Origin: Candidatus Magasanikiibacteriota bacterium
GTDB taxonomy: Bacteria > Patescibacteriota > Patescibacteriia > Magasanikbacterales > GWA2-37-8
Reading direction: 5' to 3'
DNA: 64,000 nucleotides
NCBI GenBank assembly: GCA_041666265.1
Contig: JBAYHH010000002.1
Location: 9,096 to 73,095 of the forward strand
Both the position numbers and the translations under genes were made by a program. The notes under the pieces are model-generated. The model was not told where the DNA came from and made no database searches. It saw only the letters and a program-made list of their open reading frames with translations. The first letter of the stretch is position 1. Each line of letters begins with the position of its first letter. Positions 38,946 to 49,680 of the stretch are shown one piece after another.

Positions 38946-41900
38946 CTACTTCAATTCCACACTAAATCCAAAACTGTTTTCAGCGAGCAATTCTTTGGTT
39001 GTCCAATCATAGGCGCGGATACGAACAGCGTAGTCGCCGGCTGGCAAACTGGCGGACAAAGATTGAGAAAAAGTTAGAGAATCGACTTCGCCCGCGTTCA
39101 TCACCCACTTGCCGGTTTTGGTCTGAACGGCTTTGCCGCTCGGACCGATGAGTTCGCGCACCATCTTCACCGTATGCTTTGCATCGGTCGAATTAATATA
39201 ACTATATTTAACCTTAAACGAAGCCGGCATTTTGACATTGGTCTTGATCTTGGCCCATACTCCGGCATCAAACGCGATGTCGGTCGCGCCGGTCATCTCG
39301 CCCAAGCTAAAATATTTATTTTTCTTTTTCTCCACTGTGATACTAAAACTGTTTTGGTCGATTGCTTTGTTCTTGGCATCATAGATGGTGATTTTTACAG
39401 TGTAATCGCCAGCGGGTAAATTACTCGGCACGGCTTCATTGATTTTACCGGTGAAAGCCTCGCCTTTTTTGAGCGACTTATTGGCAACAGCCGACTTCAC
39501 CACTTTATTTTTACTATTCACCAACTGACGAACCACTTTCACCTTGGCTACTTTGCCGGTGGTGTTGGTGTAAGTATAGGTGAGTTTAAACGCGGCTCCG
39601 GGCTGGAAAGAATTTGAATTAAGATAGCCTATCGCTATATTAGAATCCGGGTTTAGAGCAACGGTAGAAACAGCTGGCTCAGTGGAACCCGACGAACTGC
39701 TTACAGCCGGAGCATTGGGCGCGTTATAGGTAACCGTCACGGATTGCACCGCGGTTTCACCGCCGGTAGCCGATCGAAATTTCACATAAATTTTCTTGAC
39801 TCCGGATGATTCAGATAAGACAAAGTTCTTATTGGCGCCATAAGTAAGCCAAGCCGATCCAACAAAACTGGCATTTTCCGATATTGCCACATAATCGGCT
39901 CCGGTGGCGCTTAAATTTAGATTTATTTCCCTGGTAGACACTGTAGTCGGTCCGTTGATAGATGCCGGGATATTGCCCAATACGGGCGCTATCGATGTAG
40001 TAATCGAACCACCGCCGCTACTGCCGGAACTGCTGGAATTGGTGGTGGCTGAAACAGCATCGGATTTTGATCCCTCGCCATTGCTATTTACCGCTGAAAC
40101 CTTATATGAATAACTGGTAGCTGCGGTCAGGCCGGAGTCGCTATAACTATTCGTGCTGGGACTACCGATTGCAGTCGTGTAACTATCGGTGTTGCGATAT
40201 ACATTATATGATGTGGCGCCGGAGACAGCCGTCCATGACAAACTCATGGTACTCGCGGAAGCGGCGGTAGCGGATAAACCTGATGGCACACCCAGCGACA
40301 CAGCAGAGGCGGTGGCGCGATCAGAATTCGGACCCTCGCCAACATCATTGATGCCAGCCACTTTATAATACCAAGTAGCGCCACCGGTTAAACCGGTATG
40401 ATTGTATGAAGCGACAGTAGTCGTGGCCAACAAAGTGCTGGTGGGAAACGCTGAAATATCAGTCGTAGTGGCATAAACCGCGTAATAAGTAACGGTCGCA
40501 ATCGGCGCCGACCAGCTTAAATTAATTTGTCCGGGTGTGGTAGTGGCCAATGTTAATCCGGAAGGCGCATCCGGACCGCCGATTACCGGAGCAAAATCTG
40601 TAAAGTGGTCAGTTTGCACCGTCACTTTATGATTGACGGTATCGATAGTCGCCGCCATTGGTTCCCACTGACCGGAGGTTTCATCAAAATACGCAAATTG
40701 TAAACTGGATTCCGGAACCTTTAACTCTGTCAGATCATCGGCATTTAAGGTTATCGACAAAGTGGCATTACTACTCAATGAACTCACTGCTTGACCGGAG
40801 CTATGTTGCGCGGCAATGCTAACAGTGGAATTTTTTAAAGCCGTAGCATTGGGAGCATTGCGCGGAGTGGTTGAAACCATTGAAACCGTGACTATGGAAC
40901 TGTTGGCGCCCAAAGCATTGGCTGGCAAATCCAGAGTAGTATTGGCGTTGGAAATCTGCCCGCCGGAAGTATCGGTGATGCTTTGCATGGTCGGCGCCGG
41001 AGCGCTCCATCCGCTACGAGCGGTCAATGCGATATTTACTGTGGCGCTATCCGCGACTACGGTAGAAGTACCGGATGATCGCTCATATCCCGGACCCTCC
41101 GCATACACCGTCCAAGTGCCATTATCGACATTCAAAGTATAATTGCCATTGTCATCGGTGGGGGCGCCGGACCATACTTCACCAACCGATTTTTTAGCCG
41201 AAACCCAAGCATTGCTCACTGCCGATCCGCCACTGGTAATTTGACCGGAAATTGACGACGCTGTGGTTACCAAAGTAAAATTATTGCCCGTGCTGCTAAC
41301 AGCGGCGACCGTAACATTGACATCACCTTCGCTAGCAATGTAAACCGGTGTTTTAACGCCCAAACGATAAGTACCATTAGCGGGTATATGCAAAGTATAA
41401 TTTCCGGAGGCATCAGTCAAAGCTGAAAAAAATCTCGGGCTACCCAAACGACTGGCCCAAACATTGATATTCTGCACCCCGACTGCGCTCAAACTAACAG
41501 TGCCGCTGATGGTTATTAGCTCCACACTGGCTTGGGCATTACCACTAACCACCACAGTCTCGTCCGCCACCACAGTTACCACTTCACTCTCAATGATCGG
41601 ACCGGTCACAGGAGAACCGGCGTTAACCACATAAATACCGGCCGGCACTCGAATATTGGCATATTTTGATGTTCCGCTTGCCGTCCAAGAATCAGTGCCG
41701 TTACCATGTCCGGTACTGGTATTAAACACACCGGCAAATAACTGACTTAAATTTGACGAATTATCGATATTAATTCTCACTGTGCCAAAACCACCGCTAA
41801 ATACCCAGTTTTTACCGGTAGCATTACCGGCAGTAACATCAATTGATTGGGGAGACAGTCCACCGGTATCCGGAGACCAGCCACCTACTTCATAAGTACC

Positions 41901-44885
41901 GGCAGACAAATACAAAGTATAATTACCGGAAGAATCAGTTTCAGCGCCGTTACCTCCATTGGTGCCATTGATACCGCGCGCGCCAATTTTTACGCCGGCC
42001 AAACCTGATCCACCCACAGTCACCTGGCCGGTCACAGTGCGTAAATTACCGGTATTAACTGTGAATGTTAAAGAAGGATTTGATCCATTGGCGACCGCCA
42101 CCCCGGCTTGAGCGGTAAGCGAACCAAACCCGGGAGCGAAACCCTCAACGCGATATGTGCCAATTGGAACATACAAAGTAGTAGTGCCGGCCGAACCGGT
42201 CATACCCTGCCCAAAACCACCATTTCCGTTGGCAAAAATACTAGCATTGCGGATTGCGTTGCCACTACTATCCTGCACCGTGACATTAATATAATTTTCC
42301 GCGCCACTTAAATAAATTGTTTTAGTGGTCGTATTACTGGAAATAGCCACTGGAAATTCAGCCGGTTGACCGGCGCCCGGTCGGCTAACAGAAATGGAGA
42401 TGGCGCCAGCCGGAACTTTAAATTGATAGTTATTACCGCTATTGGGTTGGCAAATAGTATCTTGCGCCCCCATAAACATACCTCCGCCACTGCGTTTCAC
42501 GCCAACACAGGCATTGGTAACCGGGGTTGAACCGCCGGCATACAACAATGAGATTGTCAGCGTCTTGTCGGCCGCGACATAGGCATAATCACCCAAATCC
42601 ACCGTGCCTGAAACTGCGATATAAGCCGAACTGATCGCCGGCGGCCAATATTTGGTGGTGCCGGAAGAAAAGTTGGTATTGGTGCCGTTGCTTTCTCCGC
42701 CCATTACATTGAAACTCCAGCTCTCGCCACTCTTCACCTTCACGCGAGCATAACCATTGCCGTCAGCATCAAACCCGGGCGTACTGCCGCCAGCTGTGGT
42801 ATACACCGGCGCAAACGACTGGTAATTAGCGCTTGTTCCCAGGACATAAGCATTTTGTCCTATTACGCCATTCGTCATGTGGATGGTGGTGGTAGCATCG
42901 GGAATTCCAAAATAAATAGTGGTGGTAACAGTAGTTCCGGCCGCGCTCAATAAAGATAGGTTGCGCATACCGGGAGTCAACGCGTAATCATAGACAGTGG
43001 CGCTACTTTTATTCAACAACTCCGCGCCCACCATATAAGTTCCATCGAGCAAACCGACATATTGGGCGGATGAATTAGTGTCTAATCGTCGCGAACCGAT
43101 AAAGTATCCCTTATCCGGGTTGCCAAGCGCCACTTTCATAAAAGCACTTTCTTCGGTGGTAAGATTTCTGGTGGTGGTAGCGGTATTCATCCTTACCAAC
43201 ACATTCAATGTGTGTTTACCGCCAATGGTTACCGATGATGGCGGTGGCGGTCCCATTTCACCGCCAAAATCACTACCCTCATTACCATACAAAGAACCAT
43301 CAAGCAAACCATTGTTGGACTTAGCGGTAAATTGCGCGAAACGATTGCCCGGACCGGCGCTATCACTGCCATAAACATCGGCAGTTGTCGGGTTGGTCAC
43401 TCCATAGATAGTTACACTTAAAGGATCGCCGGCAACGGTCGCTGTACTGGATACGGTCAAAGACAGGCGGCGCGCGCTATCACTCGTGGTCGAAGTGGCC
43501 ATCGCGCCAATAGTCGAAGTGGATGTTTCGCCCAAACTGATATATTGAGTGGTGCTAATAGATATGCCGCCAAGCAGGCTCGCGTAAGAAGATGGAAAAT
43601 CTATCACAATTTTCCCACCCACCGGCACACTGGATGTGGGGGTAAATCTAAAAGTATAATTGGCCGCGGTACCGGTAGTGTAATTTGATAAAAATATTCC
43701 CGTGTTGGCATCAACGATGAAATTCCCGCCGGCCCGAGTAACGCTGGAAGTGCTGGTTTGATTATATTTTTCTGTTTCCAAAGTGCCATGTCCGGGCTGG
43801 CCATTCGCCAATGTCCCGGCTTTGGCGGTCCAAGTCAGGCTCGACATGCTGGATCGTTCGCCCAATGGATTGGAAATCCCGCCCAAAGTAATGCCAAATT
43901 GAGTGCCGTTGGCTACAGTGGTAGTGCCAACATATCCAAAGACGGTCAAAGGGCCACCCGAAGAAACACCGGCAGTATCAGCGACTGACTCGGCAGAAAA
44001 GACGGTGGTGGTTGAATTGCGTTCAATTTGCGCCGCATCGATCAAAACAGTGGAGCTCGCGCCGGACACTACCCACATTACTATCAAATTATCTCCGGTA
44101 GTATTTAATTGAGGTACTGAATAAGCATAACGACTCCAACCATTCTCTGTGGCTACCGGAGTCAAAGTTTTGCTAATATCCGTATAATCACCACTACTAC
44201 CCCAAAAAGCTTCCGGAGTGGTGGTATTAAAATTAAAAAACTGTCCACCACCGCCACCTGACTTAATAAGCAAACCGGTGGACGGACTGCCGGTTACCAC
44301 CTTCATATATATTGACACAGTAAAGGTAGTATTGGTAGCGCCGGTTAGAATGGCTGTATTAACATTTGAAACCCAAAGACTATCCGCGCCCATCATTTCT
44401 AATCGCAATGATTTAGCGCCATGAACATATTCAGAGGTGCTGGCGGTCATCACAGCATCCGTCAGTGGCGCGCCACCCGCACCGGAAAAACTCCATGGAG
44501 ATGACGGAGTATTGGCGTCATCCCAAGTTTCAAAACTGGGATTGGACATCAAATTGGCTGAACTGGCGCCCAAAGCGCTGTATAGCTGAATTCCGCTGGT
44601 AGCCGTAGTGGTCACACCGGTCAAAACAAATGGCGACCCCGAGAAACCGGTGGGAAAAATGAACTGAACCACATCGCCGCGCGCCAAATCTTCGGTGGTA
44701 GTCATGGTAAACGACCAATTGGCGCTGGTGGCGGCAATTAGATTGTCAGTATTGTTTGCTTGCGGAGCCAGTGTAAAATTGGCTCCCACGCTGGCCAATA
44801 CAGTTTGGCCGAACAAAAACGCGCCCACGCCCATACCGATAATCAGTAACAACAAAAACGCAAGCACAATATTTCGTCTTGTCAT
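38946..44885 (-). CDS. Giant (1979 aa) secreted surface protein: N-terminal signal/TM, CBM4/9-like domain, many CarboxypepD_reg/Ig-like beta-sandwich repeats, two fibronectin-III domains, two C-terminal Ig-like repeats
   Basis: MTRRNIVLAFLLLLIIGMGVGAFLFGQTVLA...; ...NPSFETWDD...(CBM-like); FN3 (PSGLTLATTTPGQINLSWSAP...YYKVAGINDVGEGPNS; PSGLSATAASASTMSLSWTAVSGATSYNVYRN...); duplicated about 80-aa C-terminal modules. Confidence 0.85.
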   Translation of the reverse strand: MTRRNIVLAFLLLLIIGMGVGAFLFGQTVLASVGANFTLAPQANNTDNLIAATSANWSFTMTTTEDLARGDVVQFIFPTGFSGSPFVLTGVTTTATSGIQLYSALGASSANLMSNPSFETWDDANTPSSPWSFSGAGGAPLTDAVMTASTSEYVHGAKSLRLEMMGADSLWVSNVNTAILTGATNTTFTVSIYMKVVTGSPSTGLLIKSGGGGGQFFNFNTTTPEAFWGSSGDYTDISKTLTPVATENGWSRYAYSVPQLNTTGDNLIVMWVVSGASSTVLIDAAQIERNSTTTVFSAESVADTAGVSSGGPLTVFGYVGTTTVANGTQFGITLGGISNPLGERSSMSSLTWTAKAGTLANGQPGHGTLETEKYNQTSTSSVTRAGGNFIVDANTGIFLSNYTTGTAANYTFRFTPTSSVPVGGKIVIDFPSSYASLLGGISISTTQYISLGETSTSTIGAMATSTTSDSARRLSLTVSSTATVAGDPLSVTIYGVTNPTTADVYGSDSAGPGNRFAQFTAKSNNGLLDGSLYGNEGSDFGGEMGPPPPSSVTIGGKHTLNVLVRMNTATTTRNLTTEESAFMKVALGNPDKGYFIGSRRLDTNSSAQYVGLLDGTYMVGAELLNKSSATVYDYALTPGMRNLSLLSAAGTTVTTTIYFGIPDATTTIHMTNGVIGQNAYVLGTSANYQSFAPVYTTAGGSTPGFDADGNGYARVKVKSGESWSFNVMGGESNGTNTNFSSGTTKYWPPAISSAYIAVSGTVDLGDYAYVAADKTLTISLLYAGGSTPVTNACVGVKRSGGGMFMGAQDTICQPNSGNNYQFKVPAGAISISVSRPGAGQPAEFPVAISSNTTTKTIYLSGAENYINVTVQDSSGNAIRNASIFANGNGGFGQGMTGSAGTTTLYVPIGTYRVEGFAPGFGSLTAQAGVAVANGSNPSLTFTVNTGNLRTVTGQVTVGGSGLAGVKIGARGINGTNGGNGAETDSSGNYTLYLSAGTYEVGGWSPDTGGLSPQSIDVTAGNATGKNWVFSGGFGTVRINIDNSSNLSQLFAGVFNTSTGHGNGTDSWTASGTSKYANIRVPAGIYVVNAGSPVTGPIIESEVVTVVADETVVVSGNAQASVELITISGTVSLSAVGVQNINVWASRLGSPRFFSALTDASGNYTLHIPANGTYRLGVKTPVYIASEGDVNVTVAAVSSTGNNFTLVTTASSISGQITSGGSAVSNAWVSAKKSVGEVWSGAPTDDNGNYTLNVDNGTWTVYAEGPGYERSSGTSTVVADSATVNIALTARSGWSAPAPTMQSITDTSGGQISNANTTLDLPANALGANSSIVTVSMVSTTPRNAPNATALKNSTVSIAAQHSSGQAVSSLSSNATLSITLNADDLTELKVPESSLQFAYFDETSGQWEPMAATIDTVNHKVTVQTDHFTDFAPVIGGPDAPSGLTLATTTPGQINLSWSAPIATVTYYAVYATTTDISAFPTSTLLATTTVASYNHTGLTGGATWYYKVAGINDVGEGPNSDRATASAVSLGVPSGLSATAASASTMSLSWTAVSGATSYNVYRNTDSYTTAIGSPSTNSYSDSGLTAATSYSYKVSAVNSNGEGSKSDAVSATTNSSSSGSSGGGSITTSIAPVLGNIPASINGPTTVSTREINLNLSATGADYVAISENASFVGSAWLTYGANKNFVLSESSGVKKIYVKFRSATGGETAVQSVTVTYNAPNAPAVSSSSGSTEPAVSTVALNPDSNIAIGYLNSNSFQPGAAFKLTYTYTNTTGKVAKVKVVRQLVNSKNKVVKSAVANKSLKKGEAFTGKINEAVPSNLPAGDYTVKITIYDAKNKAIDQNSFSITVEKKKNKYFSLGEMTGATDIAFDAGVWAKIKTNVKMPASFKVKYSYINSTDAKHTVKMVRELIGPSGKAVQTKTGKWVMNAGEVDSLTFSQSLSASLPAGDYAVRIRAYDWTTKELLAENSFGFSVELK

Positions 44886-44969
44886 ATTTTTATATTAAAA
44901 ATAAAATAAAAAATTTTCATTTACATTATTATATCATATTTTTATAAATAATAAAAACCACTACCCGCA

Positions 44970-44982
44970 AGCTGTGGATAAC
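44970..44982 (-). promoter_or_regulatory. 12-mer GCTGTGGATAAC (contains the DnaA box TTATCCACA on the minus strand), about 90 nt upstream of the giant-protein start; identical to the 12-mer at 10668-10679
   Basis: The exact repeat is visible in both places. Confidence 0.5.
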
Positions 44983-45090
44983 TTTTTATAAATATTTTGA
45001 AGACAATACAAAAAACGACTTAACAGTCGCCTTTTGTGTTTAATCCGATCAAATTACCGGATCACCTTAGTTTGGTATTTAATGATATTT

Positions 45091-45954
45091 TTACTTCATC
45101 TGCTCCGCCACCTCGGCCGCAAAATCGCAAGCTTTTTTCTCGATCCCCTCGCCGAGCTCATAGCGAAAAAATTGTTTCACCGCGATGCCGGCACCTTTGG
45201 ACTCAAGAAACTTGGCAATAGTTTTGTCTTCGTCTTTCACAAACGCTTGATCCACGAGACATACTTCGCTGTAAAATTTCTCCATCTTGCCTTTGAGAAT
45301 TCCTTCAATAATATTTTGCGGCTTATTTTGCGCCTTTAATTGCTCGGTAGCAATTTCTTTTTCTTTCTCCAATACTTCGGCCGGCACTTCACCGCGGTTG
45401 AGATATTTGGGAAAAGCAGCGGCGGCATGCATCGAAACTTCGCGCGCGAGCGCGCTGTCGGTCGTGCCGGTCAATACGGTCAGCACAGAAATTTTGCCAC
45501 CCATGTGCAGATAATCGCCAAAGGCTTCATTGTCGGACTTCTCCACCACCGCAAAGCGACGCAAAGAAATTTTTTCACCGATCTTGCCGACTACGGTCGC
45601 GATTTTGTCGGAGAGTCCACCGCTAAGGGCGCTATCCAAATCAACCGGTTTTTTAGTAATCAAATCCGCGATGATTTCATCCGTCAATTTTTTGAAATCA
45701 TCACTACCGGCGGCAAAATCCGTTTCCGAGTTGATCTCGGCGACGACGGCGGTATTGCCCGCGACTTTGACGACAGTCGCGCCTTCGGCCGCGATTTTAT
45801 CCGCGCGCTTGGCGGCTTTGACCACGCCTTTTTTACGCAAAACTTCGCCGGCTTTTTCCATGTCTCCTTGGGCCTCCTCGAGGGCCGCCTTGCAGTCCAT
45901 CATACCCGCGCCGGTCTGGGCGCGCAATTTTGAAATGTCGGAAGCGGTAATCAT
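45091..45954 (-). CDS. tsf: Elongation factor Ts
   Basis: MITASDISKLRAQTGAGMMDCKAALEEAQGDMEKAGEVLRKKG... Confidence 0.95.
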   Translation of the reverse strand: MITASDISKLRAQTGAGMMDCKAALEEAQGDMEKAGEVLRKKGVVKAAKRADKIAAEGATVVKVAGNTAVVAEINSETDFAAGSDDFKKLTDEIIADLITKKPVDLDSALSGGLSDKIATVVGKIGEKISLRRFAVVEKSDNEAFGDYLHMGGKISVLTVLTGTTDSALAREVSMHAAAAFPKYLNRGEVPAEVLEKEKEIATEQLKAQNKPQNIIEGILKGKMEKFYSEVCLVDQAFVKDEDKTIAKFLESKGAGIAVKQFFRYELGEGIEKKACDFAAEVAEQMK

Positions 45955-46082
45955 ATGAAAATATTTAATTTCGAATTTTGAATTTCGAACTATATTTAAT
46001 TGTTAATTTTGCGATTTTGGAATTTATTATTTGAGATTTGTTATTTATTTGGAATTTGTAATTTTATATTTGAGATTTATCG

Positions 46083-46886
46083 CTATACGCTCTCCGCGAT
46101 GGTCGCGGCGCGATGAATCGCTTTTTCCACCTTGGCTTTTACCGGCGCGGCTTTTTCTTCTTTGGCGCGATCGGCGATTTGTTTGGCCTTGGCTTTTTCC
46201 CATTCGGCTTTGCCTTCAGTGACAGCTTCGGCGACGAGATCAGCCATCATTTTGATGGCATTCACCGCGTCATCATTGGCCGGGATAATATAGGTGGCAT
46301 CGAGCGGATTGACATTGCTGTCGCAAACACCGACCACCGGTATTCCGGTGCGATTGGCTTCGGCCAAAGCGGTTTTCTCGGTGCGCATATCAGAGATGTA
46401 TAGGGCATCAGGCATTTTTTCGAGGCTGGCGATACCGAGCAAATAGCGATCCATCTTGTCCAAATCTTTTTGTTTGCGCACCTGTTCTTTTTTGGTATAG
46501 CGTTCGATTTCGCGCGTAGCAAATTGATCTTTGAGCAAGCGATATTTTTTCAAACGAGTCTTAACTTCGGCAAAATTAGTAAGTAGCCCGCCGATCCAGC
46601 GCTCGGAAATATACGGCATACCACAGCTATCGGCCGCGGTCTGGATCAAACCTTTGGTCTGTTTTTTTGTTCCGACAAATAAAATAACCTTGCCCTCGGC
46701 GGTAAGGTTTTTGATGTATTCCAAACTTTTTTGGAGCTCTTCTTGGGTCTTCTCCAAATTGATTACATGCACGCCATTGCGATTGCCAAAGAGGTATTGC
46801 TCCATCTTCGGGTGCCAGCGCGACTTTTGATGGCCGAAATGCGCTCCGGCCGAAAGCATCTCCAACAATGTGGGGATTTTTACCAT
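46083..46886 (-). CDS. rpsB: 30S ribosomal protein S2 (with Lys/Ala-rich C-terminal extension)
   Basis: MVKIPTLLEMLSAGAHFGHQKSRWHPKM... The track ORF extends 40 codons upstream, to 47006. The internal Met matches the canonical S2 start. Confidence 0.95.
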   Translation of the reverse strand: MVKIPTLLEMLSAGAHFGHQKSRWHPKMEQYLFGNRNGVHVINLEKTQEELQKSLEYIKNLTAEGKVILFVGTKKQTKGLIQTAADSCGMPYISERWIGGLLTNFAEVKTRLKKYRLLKDQFATREIERYTKKEQVRKQKDLDKMDRYLLGIASLEKMPDALYISDMRTEKTALAEANRTGIPVVGVCDSNVNPLDATYIIPANDDAVNAIKMMADLVAEAVTEGKAEWEKAKAKQIADRAKEEKAAPVKAKVEKAIHRAATIAESV

Positions 46887-47072
46887 ATTTTTTCCTTTTA
46901 GCCTCCCCGTCCAACCCGCGGGAATGGCCCGGAGAGGAAAAATAGTGACGGGTGAGAGATAAATAATCGTGGGGTGATTATACCCCAAATGAGCGATTTT
47001 TGTCAAGTGTGGCGGGTATTTGGAAATAAAAAAGCACCTCGAGGGAGAGGTGCGAGAGAAAGGACTGGACGA

Positions 47073-47468
47073 CTATTTGCCCTCGGCGAGGAGGCGGAGA
47101 GCCTCTTGAAGGCAAACAATCGGGACGGGGCTCGGAAGCCGAAATACCCCGTTTTGAACATTTTGTGGCCACATCGCGCTCCGATTTGGCACAAAATTCT
47201 TTTCCGGGGGGTGTTTATCCTCCGGTTCAAAAAAAACCGCTTTGGCGCCAGGAAACACCGTGCGAACCGTTTGGTGAACCTCGTCGCCAAATTCAGTCGA
47301 GGTAACCACCGCATGGAGTGAGCCAACCACCCCATTGGCTAGCACATTGTTGAGATGATCAAGGTCGCACTCCACCACTTGCCACCCCATTGTTCTGATC
47401 AAGTAAGCGAGATTGGCTCGCTTCCCCTGCTGTCGAAAAACCACCAGCACACTTTTTCCTTCGACCAT
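47073..47468 (-). CDS. Hypothetical protein (131 aa; CheY-like alpha/beta pattern but lacking the acidic pocket) in an unusually GC-rich stretch
   Basis: This is the best-looking of three overlapping ORFs here: balanced composition, co-oriented with rpsB-tsf. Weak call. Confidence 0.35.
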   Translation of the reverse strand: MVEGKSVLVVFRQQGKRANLAYLIRTMGWQVVECDLDHLNNVLANGVVGSLHAVVTSTEFGDEVHQTVRTVFPGAKAVFFEPEDKHPPEKNFVPNRSAMWPQNVQNGVFRLPSPVPIVCLQEALRLLAEGK

Positions 47469-47531
47469 CCCTGATACCTCCCCAGGTATGATTTTTCGAT
47501 TCCGCCACCATTCTATGCTATTTTGCTCATT

Positions 47532-47561
47532 TTGTCAAGATTTGGCCATCTGTGGTATTAT
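47532..47561 (+). promoter_or_regulatory. Sigma70-like promoter for the DUF2207 gene (-35 TTGTCA; extended -10 TGGTATTAT, 18-nt spacer)
   Basis: TTGTCAagatttggccatctgtggTATTATaat lies about 30 nt upstream of the ATG at 47588. It sits at the divergent minus/plus strand switch. Confidence 0.5.
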
Positions 47562-47587
47562 AATAGTTGTTATTTATTCCAAATTTT

Positions 47588-49612
47588 ATGCCTAAATTCC
47601 AAACCATCATCGCGTCGATCGCGCTATCGCTAATTATTTTATCATCGCCGGCGCTGGCCCAAGTGACGACTCGATCAAACGAAGGGATCAAATTCGACAA
47701 CTACGCCGCGCGCGGATATTTTTATGAAAATATCAAAACCGACATAGCGGTCAATACCGACACCTCGTTTGATGTCAGTGAAACCCAGACATACTCCTTT
47801 ACCGGCGAGTATCATCAAGGGTGGCGCACGATACCTCTCAATAAAATCGACTCGGTGACCGACATCACCGTGATCGATACCGCCACCGGTCGCCCCCTCG
47901 CCTACTCTGCGAGTCGTCTCGACAAAACCAATTCCGCGAGCTGGGGGCGATACACTTTTTTCAAACAAGACGGCGCGGTGAATATCGAATGGTATTTCAA
48001 TGCTAAAAATGAAAACAAATCATGGATCTTGAAATACCGCGTGCATGGCGGACTAACATTTAACCAAAACAATGACCAACTATATTGGAATATTTTTACT
48101 GATTATTCCGTGCCGGTAAAAAACGCCACAGTAAATATCGCCCTTCCGCAAAAATTCCCATCCGTAAATTATTTTTCTTATCGTGGGCGCTATTCGACCC
48201 GTGATGAAGGCGCAACCAAAAAATACGACCCCGCAGTGGGAGTAGTTTCATTTTCTGCGAGCACCTTCGCCGAGCAAGAAAGCTTCACCGTGGACATCGA
48301 CTGGCCGCGCGGAGCGATTGATCGCAGCGCCTATCTATTGGATTTTGCCCAAACATATTATGGATATATCGGCGGAGCGCTGATAATATTGTTCGCGTTT
48401 TTATTCGCGTTATTTTATTGGTTGCGCACCGAGGTTTGGGTCAAAGGGCGAGGCGTGATTATCCCCCAATACGAACCACCCAAAAATCTTCCACCCGCGA
48501 TCATGCAGGTCGTCCTTAAAGAATCCACTGACACCCGCGCTCTCCCCGCCACCATCATCGATCTCGCGGTGCGGGGATATGTATCGATCGAACAAAAAAA
48601 CGCGCCCGGATGGTTGGATAAAATTAACAACGACCACCCGATCATAAAAATAATCGGACGAATTTTGCTGGCGCTCGCTCTCGCCTATTTCTTGGTCGCA
48701 GCGGTGATGATCAATACCGAAGGATCGTTCAACCGAATGCCTTTGCCGGCTATCTTGTATTTACTTTTCATCTTTTTTATATTCTATGGACTAACCAAAA
48801 AATTTTCTTGGGGTGTCAAAGATTTTGAAGTTAAAAAAATAAAAGAGTTTGCCGGCGACGACAATTTGACCGAATACGAAAGATTGTTTTTATCCGCTCT
48901 TTTTTCATTTAAAGACACTTTTTCCACCAAAGAAGCCGCGCGTGCCGGCAACACCCAAAAGCAAATGCTTTATCAAAAAATTAAAAAAGTTGACGAACAG
49001 ATTCTCAAAGACACTGAATTGAAAACCGGCGCTTTCGCTAAACCGGTATCCAAAGAAAAATATAAATTCATCATCATATTCGGTGTGGTATTTTTGTCAG
49101 TATTTTTTATTCGTTCACTCCAAACATTACCTCAATGGGGTTATTTGGTTTGCGCCATCATTGTTTCCCTGGTCGCGCTTGGTACGCAAATCCGTTTTGA
49201 AGCCGCGCTCAATCAAACCGGCCATGAACTCAAAGAAGAAATACTCGGATTTAAGATGTTTCTTTATACCGCCGAACGCTATCGCCTGCAAAATTTGACG
49301 CCCGACATGTTTCAAAAATTTTTGCCCTACGCGATGGTGTTTGGCATTGAAAAAAAATGGGCCAAACCGTTTGCGAGCATGCAGATGCCACCGCCAAACT
49401 GGTATCATGCCGGATTTGTGGCCGGACACATGGGGTCGAATAGCTCAATGTCTGGGATGACTTCTGGTTTTTCCGCCACAGCCTTTAGCGCGTCGTTCGC
49501 TTCGTCGTTTAGCAGTGCTTTTGCGTCCTCGGGCGCGGGCGGATCGTCGGGCGGAGCCGGCGGGGGCAGCTCGGGTGGCGGTGGAGGCGGTGGTGGGGGC
49601 GGAGCGAGCTAA
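47588..49612 (+). CDS. DUF2207-family membrane protein (signal peptide, extracellular beta-rich domain, several TM helices, C-terminal Gly/Ser-rich tail)
   Basis: MPKFQTIIASIALSLIILSSPALAQ...; TM segments; the tail reads ...SGAGGSSGGAGGGSSGGGGGGGGGGAS. The track ORF begins at a TTG at 47567. Confidence 0.8.
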   Translation: MPKFQTIIASIALSLIILSSPALAQVTTRSNEGIKFDNYAARGYFYENIKTDIAVNTDTSFDVSETQTYSFTGEYHQGWRTIPLNKIDSVTDITVIDTATGRPLAYSASRLDKTNSASWGRYTFFKQDGAVNIEWYFNAKNENKSWILKYRVHGGLTFNQNNDQLYWNIFTDYSVPVKNATVNIALPQKFPSVNYFSYRGRYSTRDEGATKKYDPAVGVVSFSASTFAEQESFTVDIDWPRGAIDRSAYLLDFAQTYYGYIGGALIILFAFLFALFYWLRTEVWVKGRGVIIPQYEPPKNLPPAIMQVVLKESTDTRALPATIIDLAVRGYVSIEQKNAPGWLDKINNDHPIIKIIGRILLALALAYFLVAAVMINTEGSFNRMPLPAILYLLFIFFIFYGLTKKFSWGVKDFEVKKIKEFAGDDNLTEYERLFLSALFSFKDTFSTKEAARAGNTQKQMLYQKIKKVDEQILKDTELKTGAFAKPVSKEKYKFIIIFGVVFLSVFFIRSLQTLPQWGYLVCAIIVSLVALGTQIRFEAALNQTGHELKEEILGFKMFLYTAERYRLQNLTPDMFQKFLPYAMVFGIEKKWAKPFASMQMPPPNWYHAGFVAGHMGSNSSMSGMTSGFSATAFSASFASSFSSAFASSGAGGSSGGAGGGSSGGGGGGGGGGAS

Positions 49613-49615
49613 CTA

Positions 49616-49644
49616 TTGACAATTTGCAAGACCCGTGATAATAT
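49616..49644 (+). promoter_or_regulatory. Sigma70-like promoter for rpmE (TTGACA, 17 nt, TAATAT)
   Basis: TTGACAatttgcaagacccgtgaTAATAT lies 37 nt upstream of the rpmE ATG. Confidence 0.6.
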
Positions 49645-49680
49645 TAGCCCACATTATTAATCGCTTCAAACTAAATTTGT

